DNA from: a bacterium
GTDB lineage: Bacteria > JAHJDO01
NCBI GenBank assembly: GCA_030652805.1
Contig: JAUSPT010000100.1
Span: forward strand, 8,378-72,377
Length of the DNA stretch: 64,000 bases
Direction of reading: 5' to 3'
Shown here: one piece after another, positions 1 through 9,691 of the stretch
How the letters are laid out: each line of letters opens with the position of its first letter
How positions within the stretch are numbered: the first letter of the stretch is position 1
Translations under genes and position numbers: made by a program
The notes under the pieces: model-generated
The model's input: only the letters and a program-made list of their open reading frames with translations
The model's database searches: none
Told to the model about the DNA's origin: nothing

Positions 1-1
1 A

Positions 2-457
2 AATGCAATTGTATTAAGTCACGATAACCCGAGAGTTAATCAGTTTTTTATTAAACAAAGAAAACAAAAAAATATGAATATAATTCCTGTGGGGTCTGCG
101 TTTAGAAAGGCTCTCCGTATATTAAGAAAAGGAGAGGCAATAGCTGTTTTGGGAGATAGGGATATATTTAGAAAAGGAATTAAACTGGATTTCTTTGATA
201 AAGAGACAATTGTACCAAAAGGGCCGGCAATGATGGCTGTTGAGACAGGAGCGGCTGTACTGCCTGTTTTTGCTATCAGACAATCAGATGAGACGTATAA
301 ACTAATTTTCGAGAAGCCTTTTTTTGCAAAAAGTGGGAAAAATAGAAATGAAAGCATACAAAAAACAGCTTTACAAATTGCGGGGATTATAGAAGAATAC
401 ATAAGCTTTTATCCTGGACAATGGTTGCTTTTTCATCACATGTGGGAGGGAGAATAA
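2..457 (+). CDS. lysophospholipid / lipid A late acyltransferase (LPLAT, LpxL-HtrB-like), C-terminal part; the 5' end lies outside the window
   Basis: The frame is open from nt 2 with no stop before the listed ATG at 74. Blocks LRKGEAIAVLGDRD and PKGPAMMAVETGAAVLPVF are typical of this acyltransferase family. Confidence 0.6.
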   Translation, partial: NAIVLSHDNPRVNQFFIKQRKQKNMNIIPVGSAFRKALRILRKGEAIAVLGDRDIFRKGIKLDFFDKETIVPKGPAMMAVETGAAVLPVFAIRQSDETYKLIFEKPFFAKSGKNRNESIQKTALQIAGIIEEYISFYPGQWLLFHHMWEGE

Positions 458-502
458 ATTAAACAAATATTAAGTATTAAACCTAGAAGCAATATTTGTG
501 TT

Positions 503-1156
503 TTGGTGCCATGCTTCAATGAGGAAGAACATATCTGCAATTTGATAAAGGATATTAAAAAAATAGTTAAGGATGTCATGGTAGTGGATGATGGGTCAAC
601 AGATGACACCTCTCAAAGAGCACTGGATGGCGGAGCTATAGTTATAAAGCATGTAAGCAATCAAGGTAAAGGAGCAGCTCTAAGAACAGGTTTTTCCTAT
701 ATTGAAAGAAAAAGGTTTAGCGCTTTAATAACTATGGATGCGGACAGACAGCACGATTATACAGAACTTCCAAAGTTTATAGAGGAATTTAAGAAGAATA
801 GCGCTGATATAGTTGTAGGCAACAGGATGAGCGACACAAGAAATATGCCATTTGTACGATTGTGTACAAATAGAATAACATCCTTTTTTACTTCACTATT
901 CCTTTCTTGCAGGATTAGTGATACTCAGTCCGGTTATAGGCTTATTAGAACAGAGGTATTGAAAAATATTAATCTATTAACAAGTAATTTTGAAACAGAA
1001 TCTGAAGTATTGATAAAAGCGGGCAGAAAAGGATTTAGAATAAAAGAGATTCCCATAAAAACAGTATACTTACCAAACGCCCGGAGCAAAATAAGGCCGC
1101 TAAAAGATACTCTGAAATTCATAAGGCTTATACTATCCAGCATATTTTTCAGGTAA
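503..1156 (+). CDS. family 2 glycosyltransferase (DPM1/ArnC-like)
   Basis: VPCFNEEEHI, VVDDGSTDDT and MDADRQHD (DxD) motifs. The TTG start is uncertain because the frame is open from 458. Confidence 0.8.
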   Translation: MVPCFNEEEHICNLIKDIKKIVKDVMVVDDGSTDDTSQRALDGGAIVIKHVSNQGKGAALRTGFSYIERKRFSALITMDADRQHDYTELPKFIEEFKKNSADIVVGNRMSDTRNMPFVRLCTNRITSFFTSLFLSCRISDTQSGYRLIRTEVLKNINLLTSNFETESEVLIKAGRKGFRIKEIPIKTVYLPNARSKIRPLKDTLKFIRLILSSIFFR

Positions 1157-1157
1157 G

Positions 1158-1949
1158 ATGAGAAAAAACAAGTTTATCCGACCATGGGTTTTAATTCTCG
1201 CTGGGGCTATAGTTGTACTGTTTGCAGTCATACCAGCACTAAATACAGTAGCATCTAATCTGATGTGCTCTAAAATTAAAAACATATGTAAAGATAGCTT
1301 TAACTGCAATATAAAACTAGAGAAGCCGCGTGTAAATACAATAAAGAGTATGATCGTCTTTGATAATATATCTATTGATAAATATATTGGTGGCAGGAAA
1401 TTTAACGTTAATGTTGATAAAGTGTTTATCAAAATAAATATGGCTTCAGCAATAAAGAACATTCTTTATCTTTCTAGCCAGCCAACAAAATTTTTCGCAA
1501 GTATTGATTTCAGTTACAAGAAACATATTAAGGTGGATTTGAGGGGAAATGTTGATTTCAGAAGTTCAAAAGGAGATTTCTCTCTGGAAACAAAATGTTC
1601 CAATATAGATATAGCATATATGGGACAGTACTATACTGGTACTCCTATCTATTTTAAAAAAGGCACCGCAGATATTTCATCAATTGGAACATGTAGAAAA
1701 GGCAAGCTTAACTTTTCCCAACGTATATTAATCAAAAACCTATTCTTAAGTACAAAAAAAGACAAGGATTTAGATAGGCAGGTTTTTATTGGACTTGATT
1801 ATGGAGATATCATTAATTATGTAAATGAGAAAAAGGGGAATATTGACCTGAGCTTCATTATAAAGGGAACATTAAAAGAGCCTGAGATAGACTTAAGCCC
1901 AATAATAGAGAATATACTTAGTGATATAGTGGCTTTAAAGATATCATGA
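1158..1949 (+). CDS. hypothetical membrane-anchored protein
   Basis: 263-aa ORF with one N-terminal hydrophobic helix (WVLILAGAIVVLFAVIPAL). It is tightly packed between GT2 and pcm (ATGA overlap with pcm). I recognised no family. Confidence 0.45.
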   Translation: MRKNKFIRPWVLILAGAIVVLFAVIPALNTVASNLMCSKIKNICKDSFNCNIKLEKPRVNTIKSMIVFDNISIDKYIGGRKFNVNVDKVFIKINMASAIKNILYLSSQPTKFFASIDFSYKKHIKVDLRGNVDFRSSKGDFSLETKCSNIDIAYMGQYYTGTPIYFKKGTADISSIGTCRKGKLNFSQRILIKNLFLSTKKDKDLDRQVFIGLDYGDIINYVNEKKGNIDLSFIIKGTLKEPEIDLSPIIENILSDIVALKIS

Positions 1950-2605
1950 AAGATTATACGGACGAACGTCTTAATATGGTAGACATTCAGCTGGCACATA
2001 GGGGAATCAAAGATAAGCGTGTTCTTGATGCTATGAGCAGAGTGCCGAGGCACCTCTTTGTTCCTTCTGATAACATCTCATCTGCATATACTGATCAGCC
2101 GCTTTCTATAGGAGAATCTCAAACTATATCCCAGCCGTATATGGTTGCTTTGATGAGCGAATGTTTAAAACTTAATGGCAAAGAGAAAATTTTAGAACTG
2201 GGCACAGGCTCAGGATATCAGACAGCAATCCTTGCAGAATTAGGTTCTTCTGTTTACACAATAGAGAGAATTAGCCCATTATCCATAAGAGCGCAAAGAA
2301 CACTTAAACATTTAGGGTATGAAAACATAAAATTTAAGGTGGGAGATGGAACTCTTGGTTGGCATGAGAATGCTCCCTATGATGGAATAATGGTAACAGC
2401 TGGAGCTCCTAAAGTTTCGCAAGTTCTTATAGATCAATTATCAGAGGGTGGTAGAATAGTTATTCCTGTAGGTAATTCCTTTTCTCAAGAACTTGTTGTT
2501 ACCTCAAAAATCAATAAAAAAATAAAAACCCAAAATATCTGTGGATGTATGTTTGTCCCCTTGATAGGTAAGTATGGATGGAATAGTGAGCAGAAATATT
2601 ATTAG
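1946..2605 (+). CDS. pcm: protein-L-isoaspartate O-methyltransferase
   Basis: SAM-binding block ELGTGSGYQTAILAELG, TISQPYMVA, and typical length of 219 aa. Confidence 0.9.
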   Translation: MKDYTDERLNMVDIQLAHRGIKDKRVLDAMSRVPRHLFVPSDNISSAYTDQPLSIGESQTISQPYMVALMSECLKLNGKEKILELGTGSGYQTAILAELGSSVYTIERISPLSIRAQRTLKHLGYENIKFKVGDGTLGWHENAPYDGIMVTAGAPKVSQVLIDQLSEGGRIVIPVGNSFSQELVVTSKINKKIKTQNICGCMFVPLIGKYGWNSEQKYY

Positions 2606-3197
2606 AAGATTATATAACTGGGTATTGAGCTGGGCTCATTCAAGGTATTCAATCGCGGCATTATTTACATTAGCTTTTACAGAATCCTCTTGTTTTCCTG
2701 TGCCTCCGGATGTTCTATTAATAGCTCTTTGTGTATCAAAGCCTAAAAGGGCCTTACTGTATAGTCTCATAACAACAATCGGTTCTGTATTAGGCGGAAT
2801 ATGCGGATATTTTATAGGTATGAAGATATGGGAGTATACAAGCAATTTCTTTTTTAAATATATTCCTGGATTTACCCCTGAATCTTTTAGCTATGTAAAA
2901 GATTTATATAACGATAATGCCTTTTTGGCGGTATTTGTCTCAGGTTTCACACCTATTCCGTATAAGGTTTTTACAATTGCTGCAGGCGTTTGCAAAATTA
3001 GTTTTGTTGTTTTTCTTGTATCATCAGTGTTAGGAAGAGGGTTAAGATTTTTTATTGTAGGCGGATTGATAAAGATTTTTGGAGAATCTGTTAAAAATTT
3101 CATAAATAAATATTTTAATCTGTTAACAATTTTGTTTACTATTCTTTTAATAGCCGGATTTTTGATACTTAAATTTGTAATCAAAAATAACCAGTAA
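2574..3197 (+). CDS. DedA/YqaA-family membrane protein
   Basis: [13 protein letters not shown] motif and multiple TM helices. The start may lie a few codons downstream because the 5' end overlaps pcm by 32 nt. Confidence 0.7.
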   Translation: MDGIVSRNIIRRLYNWVLSWAHSRYSIAALFTLAFTESSCFPVPPDVLLIALCVSKPKRALLYSLITTIGSVLGGICGYFIGMKIWEYTSNFFFKYIPGFTPESFSYVKDLYNDNAFLAVFVSGFTPIPYKVFTIAAGVCKISFVVFLVSSVLGRGLRFFIVGGLIKIFGESVKNFINKYFNLLTILFTILLIAGFLILKFVIKNNQ

Positions 3198-3201
3198 ATA
3201 G

Positions 3202-3275
3202 CGGGGCGTAGCGCAGCTTGGTAGCGCGCCACGTTCGGGACGTGGAGGCCGGTGGTTCGAATCCACTCGCCCCGA
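3202..3275 (+). tRNA. tRNA-Pro (anticodon CGG)
   Basis: Hand-folded cloverleaf. Acceptor is CGGGGCG/CGCCCCG, anticodon stem CCACG/CGTGG with loop TTCGGGA, T-loop TTCGAAT. 74 nt, no encoded CCA. Confidence 0.85.
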
Positions 3276-3308
3276 CTACAAGGTTATCTGAGCATTGCGA
3301 TTTTTTAT

Positions 3309-3338
3309 TTGCATTTTGCAGAAGATTTGAATTATAAT
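3309..3338 (+). promoter_or_regulatory. sigma70-like promoter for the MC1-like gene
   Basis: TTGCAT (3309-3314), 18-nt spacer, TATAAT (3333-3338), followed by SD AAGGAGG 7 nt before the ATG at 3371. Confidence 0.35.
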
Positions 3339-3370
3339 ATAGAAAATGGCAAAAACAAGGAGGTGATACA

Positions 3371-3676
3371 ATGGCAAAGAAAGCAGAAGCAAAGCTCTAT
3401 TCGTTGAGAATAGGCAAAAAGGAAGCGAATGCATTCAAAGGAAAAGGAGCAAGACAGGCTGCTCTAAAGGCTGCTTCCAGAGGATTGAAAGATAGCGATG
3501 GTCTGATCAAACTCAGAGAACATGGGCAGAAGAAAGATGGCAAATGGAGACTGCATATATTTAAAGGTTCAGTACAGAAGGTTGCTAAACCTGCTAATGC
3601 CCCTGATTGGATGCCGGATAAAATTAATAAGCCTACTGTAAAGAAACTTCGTGTTGAGAAATTAGACAAAATATAA
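3371..3676 (+). CDS. MC1-family (archaeal non-histone chromosomal protein MC1-like) small basic DNA-binding protein
   Basis: 101 aa and Lys-rich. Full-length block similarity, from memory, to Methanosarcina MC1: GARQAALKAASRG, IKLREHGQKK, LHIFKG, PDWMPDKINKPTVKKLRVEKL. Confidence 0.75.
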   Translation: MAKKAEAKLYSLRIGKKEANAFKGKGARQAALKAASRGLKDSDGLIKLREHGQKKDGKWRLHIFKGSVQKVAKPANAPDWMPDKINKPTVKKLRVEKLDKI

Positions 3677-3702
3677 TAGGTTGTTTCTTGCAAAGCAGTA
3701 AG

Positions 3703-3736
3703 AAGCCTGCTGTCACTTGGACAGCAGGCTTTTCTG
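3703..3736 (+). terminator. rho-independent terminator after the MC1-like gene
   Basis: 12-bp perfect stem AAGCCTGCTGTC / GACAGCAGGCTT with a 5-nt loop, followed by a T-rich tail (TTCTGTT). Confidence 0.6.
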
Positions 3737-3754
3737 TTAAGGATAAGATGTAAG

Positions 3755-4477
3755 GTGGAGTTCTCTATAAAACAGTTACAAAAACCAGTTAAATTTATTG
3801 TTAATCTTATTTTCCCAATTTATTGCCCAATATGCAAAAAACAGCTTTCATATCAGACTGATACCTATCTTTGTGACGCATGCAAGAAAAACATAATACC
3901 TATTACTGGAAAGGTTTGCAATAAATGTGGTAGGCCTTTTATAAATGGTATTTGTGGAATATGCAGAGAGAAGCAGTTTTGTTTCTCAAAAGCACGCGCT
4001 AGTGGAATATACGATGGCTCAGTAAGGGAGTGTATACATTTTTTTAAATATAAGAAAAAGACGTATCTTTTAAACACGTTGTTTGAGGTGTTTTTATTGC
4101 CAAATAGTCCTGATTTCCTTAGCTGCGATTTAATTGTTCCTGTACCCCTCCATTGGATACGAAAATATTCCAGAGGATTTAATCAGGCTGAACTAATAGG
4201 GAAAAAAATTAGTAAGAGGTTCAATATACCATTGTCAAAAACTAGTTTAAAGAGAACGAAAGCAACTCCTTCACAAACAGGTCTTTCTCTGAAAGAACGT
4301 ACTAAGAATATTAAAGGAGCGTTTTCAGTAAGGAATGAACAAAAGCTAGATGGAAAAAGAATTTTACTTGTTGATGATGTTATGACAACAGGTGCAACTG
4401 TTAATGAATGCTCCAGAGTCTTATTGCAAGCCGGAGCAAGGGAAATTCTTGTATATACCTTAGCAAGAGGGATGTAG
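3755..4477 (+). CDS. comF: ComF-family protein (phosphoribosyltransferase domain with N-terminal zinc ribbon)
   Basis: CPICKK..CDACKK..CNKCG Cys pairs and PRTase motif ILLVDDVMTTGATV. GTG start. Confidence 0.8.
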   Translation: MEFSIKQLQKPVKFIVNLIFPIYCPICKKQLSYQTDTYLCDACKKNIIPITGKVCNKCGRPFINGICGICREKQFCFSKARASGIYDGSVRECIHFFKYKKKTYLLNTLFEVFLLPNSPDFLSCDLIVPVPLHWIRKYSRGFNQAELIGKKISKRFNIPLSKTSLKRTKATPSQTGLSLKERTKNIKGAFSVRNEQKLDGKRILLVDDVMTTGATVNECSRVLLQAGAREILVYTLARGM

Positions 4478-4495
4478 AGAGTTAAGAGTTAAATC

Positions 4496-4523
4496 TTGAC
4501 TTTATACAATGTTTTTTTATAAT
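4496..4523 (+). promoter_or_regulatory. sigma70-like promoter for the tRNA-Gln/tRNA-Glu pair
   Basis: TTGACT (4496-4501), 16-nt spacer, TATAAT (4518-4523), 13 nt before the tRNA-Gln 5' end. Confidence 0.35.
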
Positions 4524-4536
4524 TGTCTCAGTATTT

Positions 4537-4607
4537 TGCCCCGTCGTCTAATGGTAGGACGGATGATTCTGGATCATCTAGTCGAGGTTCGAGTCCTTGC
4601 GGGGCAA
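4537..4607 (+). tRNA. tRNA-Gln (anticodon CTG)
   Basis: Hand-folded. Acceptor is TGCCCCG/CGGGGCA (U1-A72), anticodon stem GATGA/TCATC with loop TTCTGGA, T-loop TTCGAGT. 71 nt. Confidence 0.85.
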
Positions 4608-4611
4608 CTCC

Positions 4612-4687
4612 GGCCCCATCGTCTAGTGGACCAGGACACGTGGTTCTCAGCCATGGAACAGGGGTTCAATTCCCCTTGGGGCTACCA
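4612..4687 (+). tRNA. tRNA-Glu (anticodon CTC), CCA encoded
   Basis: Hand-folded. Starts GGCCCCATCGTCTAGTGG, anticodon stem CGTGG/CCATG with loop TTCTCAG, T-loop TTCAATT, 3' ACCA. 76 nt. Confidence 0.85.
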
Positions 4688-4713
4688 AGGTTACAAAGCG
4701 GAAGCGTTGGCTA

Positions 4714-5673
4714 CTACTTCTCTAAAAACATGCCCATTTTTCTATATTTTTCGTATCTTTGATTACTAATTTCTTCAGGAGAAAGTTTAGCTAGTTCACT
4801 TAAACAGGTTTTTAATGTATTCTTAATATTCTCGGTTACTTCGGCTGGATTTCTATGCACTCCGCCAATTGGTTCAGGTATTATTGCGTCAATAACTTTA
4901 AACTTTTTCAAATCCGATGCTGTTATGCAAAGCGCTTCTGCAGCTTCAGGAGCTTTAGTTCTGTCTTTCCAGAGGATTGCGCCGCATGCTTCAGGAGTAC
5001 ACACAAAGTAGACAGCATTCTCCAGCATAAAAACTTTATTTCCTAATCCAATTGCTAGTGCTCCTCCACTGCCGCCTTCTCCAGTAATTATAACGATCGT
5101 AGGTACTTGAAGATGGGCCATTTCTTTTAAGTTGTGCGCAATTGCCTCTGCCTGTCCTCTTTCTTCTGCTCCAATGCCCGGATAGGCGCCTGGAGTGTCA
5201 ATAAAAGAAATGATTGGAATGGAAAATTTTTCAGCTGTTTTCATTAATCTTAACATTTTTCTATAACCCTCAGGATGAGGCATCCCGAAGTTTCTGTTAA
5301 GGTTTTCTTTTGTATTTCTGCCTTTCTGGTGACCAATCACCATAACCGTTTTATCTTGAAAGCTAGCCAATCCTCCTATTATTGCCTGGTCATCAGCAAA
5401 TGCTCTATCGCCATGAAGCTCAATAAAATTTTTCATAAGGGCATTAATATAGTCCAGAGTATACGGCCTGTCAGGGTGACGGGCAATCTGCATTCTCTGC
5501 CATGCTGTAAGATTCTGGTATATTCTTTTTTTAGTTTCAAGTGTCTTTTTCTCAAGTACTTTTATCTCATCAGAAAAATCTATATTTTCTGTAGAAGCAA
5601 AGGCTTTCAACTCTTCTATCCTTTTCTCCAGCTCTATGATAGGCTTCTCAAATTCAAGACCATTTGTCGTCAC
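4714..5673 (-). CDS. accA: acetyl-CoA carboxylase carboxyltransferase subunit alpha
   Basis: Typical N-terminus [30 protein letters not shown], 319 aa. Confidence 0.9.
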   Translation of the reverse strand: MTTNGLEFEKPIIELEKRIEELKAFASTENIDFSDEIKVLEKKTLETKKRIYQNLTAWQRMQIARHPDRPYTLDYINALMKNFIELHGDRAFADDQAIIGGLASFQDKTVMVIGHQKGRNTKENLNRNFGMPHPEGYRKMLRLMKTAEKFSIPIISFIDTPGAYPGIGAEERGQAEAIAHNLKEMAHLQVPTIVIITGEGGSGGALAIGLGNKVFMLENAVYFVCTPEACGAILWKDRTKAPEAAEALCITASDLKKFKVIDAIIPEPIGGVHRNPAEVTENIKNTLKTCLSELAKLSPEEISNQRYEKYRKMGMFLEK

Positions 5674-6833
5674 TTTTTGTCTCCCTGTGTCTTAATTATA
5701 GTTACAGGTGTTTCAACGGGCACAAGGTCAAACAACTCTTCTACGTCCTTATTATACATTCTTATGCATCCTTCTGTAGATTGTTTTCCGATGCTGTCAG
5801 GCTCTATTGTTCCATGTATCCCATAGCCTTTTTCTGTTATTCCCATCCAGCGGTTGCCAAGTACATTTTTAGGGCTATCTGCTGAAACAATGGCTCCTGC
5901 GGTATACCAAGTAGGATTTTTTAATTTATTTACTATTTTAAAATTCCCCAGAGGTGTGCCGTCATGAGCTCCAGTAGCTACTGTATAGGTTTTTAAAATT
6001 TTCCCATTATTTTTTAGGATAAGCTTATTAGACTTTGTGTATACCTCAATAGAAAAGCCGGATCCGGGAGTTATTTTTAATCTCTTCTCAGGTCTTATTA
6101 CAGTATCTTTCAACTTATTGCTTTTCATAATCAAATCAACAGTAGTATTAAATTGTTTAGCAATTGAGCTGATGCTATCTCCAGCTTCTACTTTGTAAAT
6201 CACACTGTCTTTTGTAGGGATAGGGGAGAAGATAAGTCTTACGTTTATGTCTTCAATCTCTCTGCGCGCTGTATTTTTTAATTCGTCGTCATCTGATTTC
6301 AGCATAATCTTCTCGAACAGAGAGAGAGCATTTAGGAGTTTTCCTTGCAGTTTATAAACGCGAGCTTTGGCATACAGAGCATTAAAAAAGATGTTACTAT
6401 TAGGATATTCGTTTAATATCCTGTCATATAGGGTCTCTGCTTTTTTAAGATCATCTTTTGTCTGTGCCAATTCACCCAGTTCAAGTAATGTTTCGTCGAT
6501 ATATTCTGAATTTTTGAATTGGTCTGTAATTCTGTCGAGAAGAGTCTCAGCATTTTTTAAATTCCCCATTTCTTTGTTGCATATAGCAAGTCTATAAACA
6601 AGTTCTGCCTGTTTTTCTTTGGATGCAAATTTATGCTTTTGACTTTTATTTAACAGATCAGCATAGATAGTCTTTGCTTTTTCAAAATCACCTTTATTAT
6701 AAAACATGTCTGCTTTTTTATACTGATTAGAAATGTCTTTTTGAAGGAACAAAGAATATGCCTGCCATCCAACGTAAATAGCAATTATTAGTATCATAGT
6801 AACTAATATAAATTTCGTATTCTTTTTTTTCAT
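5670..6833 (-). CDS. TPR + LysM + YkuD L,D-transpeptidase, membrane anchored
   Basis: N-terminal TM helix and TPR-like repeats. LysM segment [23 protein letters not shown]. YkuD catalytic block YGIHGT...STEGCIRM. Confidence 0.8.
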   Translation of the reverse strand: MKKKNTKFILVTMILIIAIYVGWQAYSLFLQKDISNQYKKADMFYNKGDFEKAKTIYADLLNKSQKHKFASKEKQAELVYRLAICNKEMGNLKNAETLLDRITDQFKNSEYIDETLLELGELAQTKDDLKKAETLYDRILNEYPNSNIFFNALYAKARVYKLQGKLLNALSLFEKIMLKSDDDELKNTARREIEDINVRLIFSPIPTKDSVIYKVEAGDSISSIAKQFNTTVDLIMKSNKLKDTVIRPEKRLKITPGSGFSIEVYTKSNKLILKNNGKILKTYTVATGAHDGTPLGNFKIVNKLKNPTWYTAGAIVSADSPKNVLGNRWMGITEKGYGIHGTIEPDSIGKQSTEGCIRMYNKDVEELFDLVPVETPVTIIKTQGDKK

Positions 6834-6847
6834 ATCTGTCTCCCTTT

Positions 6848-7660
6848 CTAGAATTTACTTCTACTAAAGTCCAAGATCATTTCCGACACCGTTCTATGCC
6901 TTTTATTTGGATTCGTTTCTATTGCCTTCATCACGCAATTTTCAATATTTTTTGGTATGCTGGAATCGTAATAAGAGACTAATCTTGGTCGTATATGTAT
7001 ATCGATGTGAGCTCTCATAATTGTGTTTTTATCATTAGCTTGATAGGGAACTTTGCCGGTTAACATTTCATATATGGTGATTCCATAAGAATATATGTCT
7101 GTTCTCTTGTCTGTGTGTCTTTTTCTTATCTGTTCGGGAGACATGTACGTAGGTGTGCCGTCAATAAAGCGGTTACGTGTGAAGATACTTAACCTGTTGT
7201 AACGCGCCAGACCAAAATCTATAATTTTTACTTCATTATTTTTCGAAACCAGAATATTTTCAGGCTTTATGTCACGATGGATTATGTTATTTTCATGGAG
7301 ATAATCTAGCCCCTTTCCTATCTGTAAAATGAGATCATATCTCTGAAGTTTTTCAATTTTTTTATAGAGCAGGAGCCTTTTTAGATCTTCCCCATTAATA
7401 TATTCCATCACCATATAAGGCATTCCATCTTCTTTCCCAAAATCCATTACTCGAATTATATTTGGGTGATTTAGCTTTTTTAGCATCTTAGTTTCTTGGA
7501 TGAATCCTTTTATTGCTCTGCGGCTTGTGCCGGATTTCCTGAGCATCTTAATTGCTACCATATCATTTGTTATAGGATCACTTGCTTTGTATATGTGAGC
7601 AACTCCACCTGACTTAATAATATTCTGAATTATATATTTACCAAATTTTTCTTGTGTCAT
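6848..7660 (-). CDS. Hanks-type serine/threonine protein kinase, catalytic domain only
   Basis: VAIKML, HRDIKPENIL, DFGLAR and YMSPEQ motifs. 270 aa with no TM or sensor extension. Confidence 0.85.
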   Translation of the reverse strand: MTQEKFGKYIIQNIIKSGGVAHIYKASDPITNDMVAIKMLRKSGTSRRAIKGFIQETKMLKKLNHPNIIRVMDFGKEDGMPYMVMEYINGEDLKRLLLYKKIEKLQRYDLILQIGKGLDYLHENNIIHRDIKPENILVSKNNEVKIIDFGLARYNRLSIFTRNRFIDGTPTYMSPEQIRKRHTDKRTDIYSYGITIYEMLTGKVPYQANDKNTIMRAHIDIHIRPRLVSYYDSSIPKNIENCVMKAIETNPNKRHRTVSEMILDFSRSKF

Positions 7661-7674
7661 TTTTCCAACGACCT

Positions 7675-8694
7675 TTACTTAATGGGTATTTTTAAGCTAT
7701 CCCAGTATTTTATCAGATTACTTAATTCAATATCTATATTAAAATTATCTTTAAGATTATAACTTAAATTAATGTTCTTTTGCATACAAATTCTGCTCAG
7801 TAGCTCCGATATAAATTTTATATCGTTTTGCAGTATAATTTTACCATGAGGAGTGATGTCAGAAGATATTAGATTAAAGGAGAGCTTTATTCTGTCCTGA
7901 TCAACAACATCAAACTTTATTTTGAGGTTTTTTATTTTATTTAGATCAGGAGATGTTGCCAAAGAAAATCCAAGGCTGCTGGAGTATTTATTCAATAGAC
8001 GAAGCAATAGATTGTTTTTGTTTTCCAATGTAATATACCCATCAGTTTTATCGTTTAATGTTGCTTGAGTATTTAGATTGTTAAAGTTTCTTTTTGCATA
8101 TTCAACAATATTTAGTGCAGAACCAACGACTACATTATCTTCAATAAAAGTATATGCTGACAACTCTCCTCTTTTCTTTCTGTTTTCATTGTAAACAATA
8201 CCTGTCTTGCTTTTTACTCCATCCGCTCCCTTAATATGTTTGTTTAAAAGACCAGATAAAATTGTCTTTCGCAACATTTTGCTGCTTTTTTTGTCTCCAA
8301 TCCTAAGAGATACTGCTAGATCTCCTATTTTCATAGAGATATCAGAGGCTTCACTTACTATATGCCCTGTAATAAAATATGTGGTTTCTCCTGTGTCGGA
8401 TATATATATATTGCCCCAGATTTTATCAAAAACAGGAAGAGATATATTCGAAATTTTCAGATCTCTGTTCTGAACAATTCTGCTTTGCACAAAGGATTGT
8501 ATTATTAAATCAGCAGCTGATTTCAATCCTTTATCATCATAATCAATTCGCAAGAAAAATCTCAGACAATTATCCGGTTCTGTTAATAGATAGCTTTCGT
8601 TACCTTCCTGGGCATCAGATATGCCAGAATAATATCCCATTAAGATGGCAATGATGAGAATTGGCTTTATGATATATTGAGAAAAAAGGTTCAC
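7675..8694 (-). CDS. hypothetical secreted protein
   Basis: 339-aa ORF with an N-terminal hydrophobic signal-like segment. It shares one nucleotide with the upstream ORF. No family recognised. Confidence 0.4.
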   Translation of the reverse strand: MNLFSQYIIKPILIIAILMGYYSGISDAQEGNESYLLTEPDNCLRFFLRIDYDDKGLKSAADLIIQSFVQSRIVQNRDLKISNISLPVFDKIWGNIYISDTGETTYFITGHIVSEASDISMKIGDLAVSLRIGDKKSSKMLRKTILSGLLNKHIKGADGVKSKTGIVYNENRKKRGELSAYTFIEDNVVVGSALNIVEYAKRNFNNLNTQATLNDKTDGYITLENKNNLLLRLLNKYSSSLGFSLATSPDLNKIKNLKIKFDVVDQDRIKLSFNLISSDITPHGKIILQNDIKFISELLSRICMQKNINLSYNLKDNFNIDIELSNLIKYWDSLKIPIK

Positions 8695-9551
8695 TATTTA
8701 TCCGGCTCCATCAAGTATTTATCGTAGTTTTTGTTTCTTTTGTGCGCCTTAACTCGACCTGCAACATGTCCTCCCAGTATTGCTCCTAAATACACAGGAT
8801 AAAATGGAAGCACAAAAAGATTTGATGCTTCTCGTCCAACATAGGATCCAAAAGCAGGGAAGAGCACTTTATAAGACTCTAGCTCATTGTCTTTCTCTTT
8901 TTTGTAGTATGTATATCTTATAGCATCTTTGGTTGCTCTGTATTCAAATATTTCTGTCCAGATGGGCACCATATACAGGAGGTTGTAGGTCCCTTTTAGC
9001 TTTCGCCGTGAAAAATCCTTTGCATGACCACATTCATGATAGGCAATGGATGATAGATTAGAATATATATTTACTGTGTCTGTATACGGATTGTAAGAAT
9101 CTCCTCCAAATAAAATACCAGGGTATATCATATAATTAATCCATGCTATTATGCCGAAAGTCCATCTGTATCCTGCGCCTACTCTATAGTTTTTTCTTAA
9201 TCGTCTAAACTCTCTCATTGGATTATATTGATTAATTCGAATCTTAACGTCCCATAAATTATTAGTTTTTAGGTATTCTTCAATATCATCAATTACTCTC
9301 TGAGAAATCCAGTGCTTATCAATATTCCAGTTCCATAGAATCAACTTTGAAGGCAAAGAGAAGACATAGTGGCCTAATGCATTTATAATTTTTATTTCTT
9401 TCCCTATTTCTATCCGAGGGTATCTTGAGTCAGAAACAGGCTCATTTCTTTTACCTACATATGGCTTTCCTTTGATATAATGGCCTGGTGGCGTTGCGCA
9501 ACTTGAGCAAAAGAATATTGAAATAAATACTATAATCAGACATCTTTTCAT
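8694..9551 (-). CDS. hypothetical exported protein (possible lipoprotein) with HExxH metallopeptidase-like motif
   Basis: Signal peptide ending FFCSSCA, and a single HECGH motif at YHECGHAKD. No further family recognised. Confidence 0.4.
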   Translation of the reverse strand: MKRCLIIVFISIFFCSSCATPPGHYIKGKPYVGKRNEPVSDSRYPRIEIGKEIKIINALGHYVFSLPSKLILWNWNIDKHWISQRVIDDIEEYLKTNNLWDVKIRINQYNPMREFRRLRKNYRVGAGYRWTFGIIAWINYMIYPGILFGGDSYNPYTDTVNIYSNLSSIAYHECGHAKDFSRRKLKGTYNLLYMVPIWTEIFEYRATKDAIRYTYYKKEKDNELESYKVLFPAFGSYVGREASNLFVLPFYPVYLGAILGGHVAGRVKAHKRNKNYDKYLMEPDK

Positions 9552-9691
9552 TTTGCTTTTTTTGCCAATTCCAAATCACTTAGAATATATCACAACAGGC
9601 TTCAATCGTCAATTCAGGCAAGGATTTTTTTAATTGAATAAATAACTAACCAAGGATAAACTAACAAATAAAAATAAGTTGAAGTAAATAT

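Noticed and set aside
4509-4769. Two ORF-track ORFs (86 and 79 aa) on the plus strand.
   Set aside because: They are read straight through tRNA-Gln and tRNA-Glu. The cloverleaf folds explain the sequence, so there is no coding evidence.
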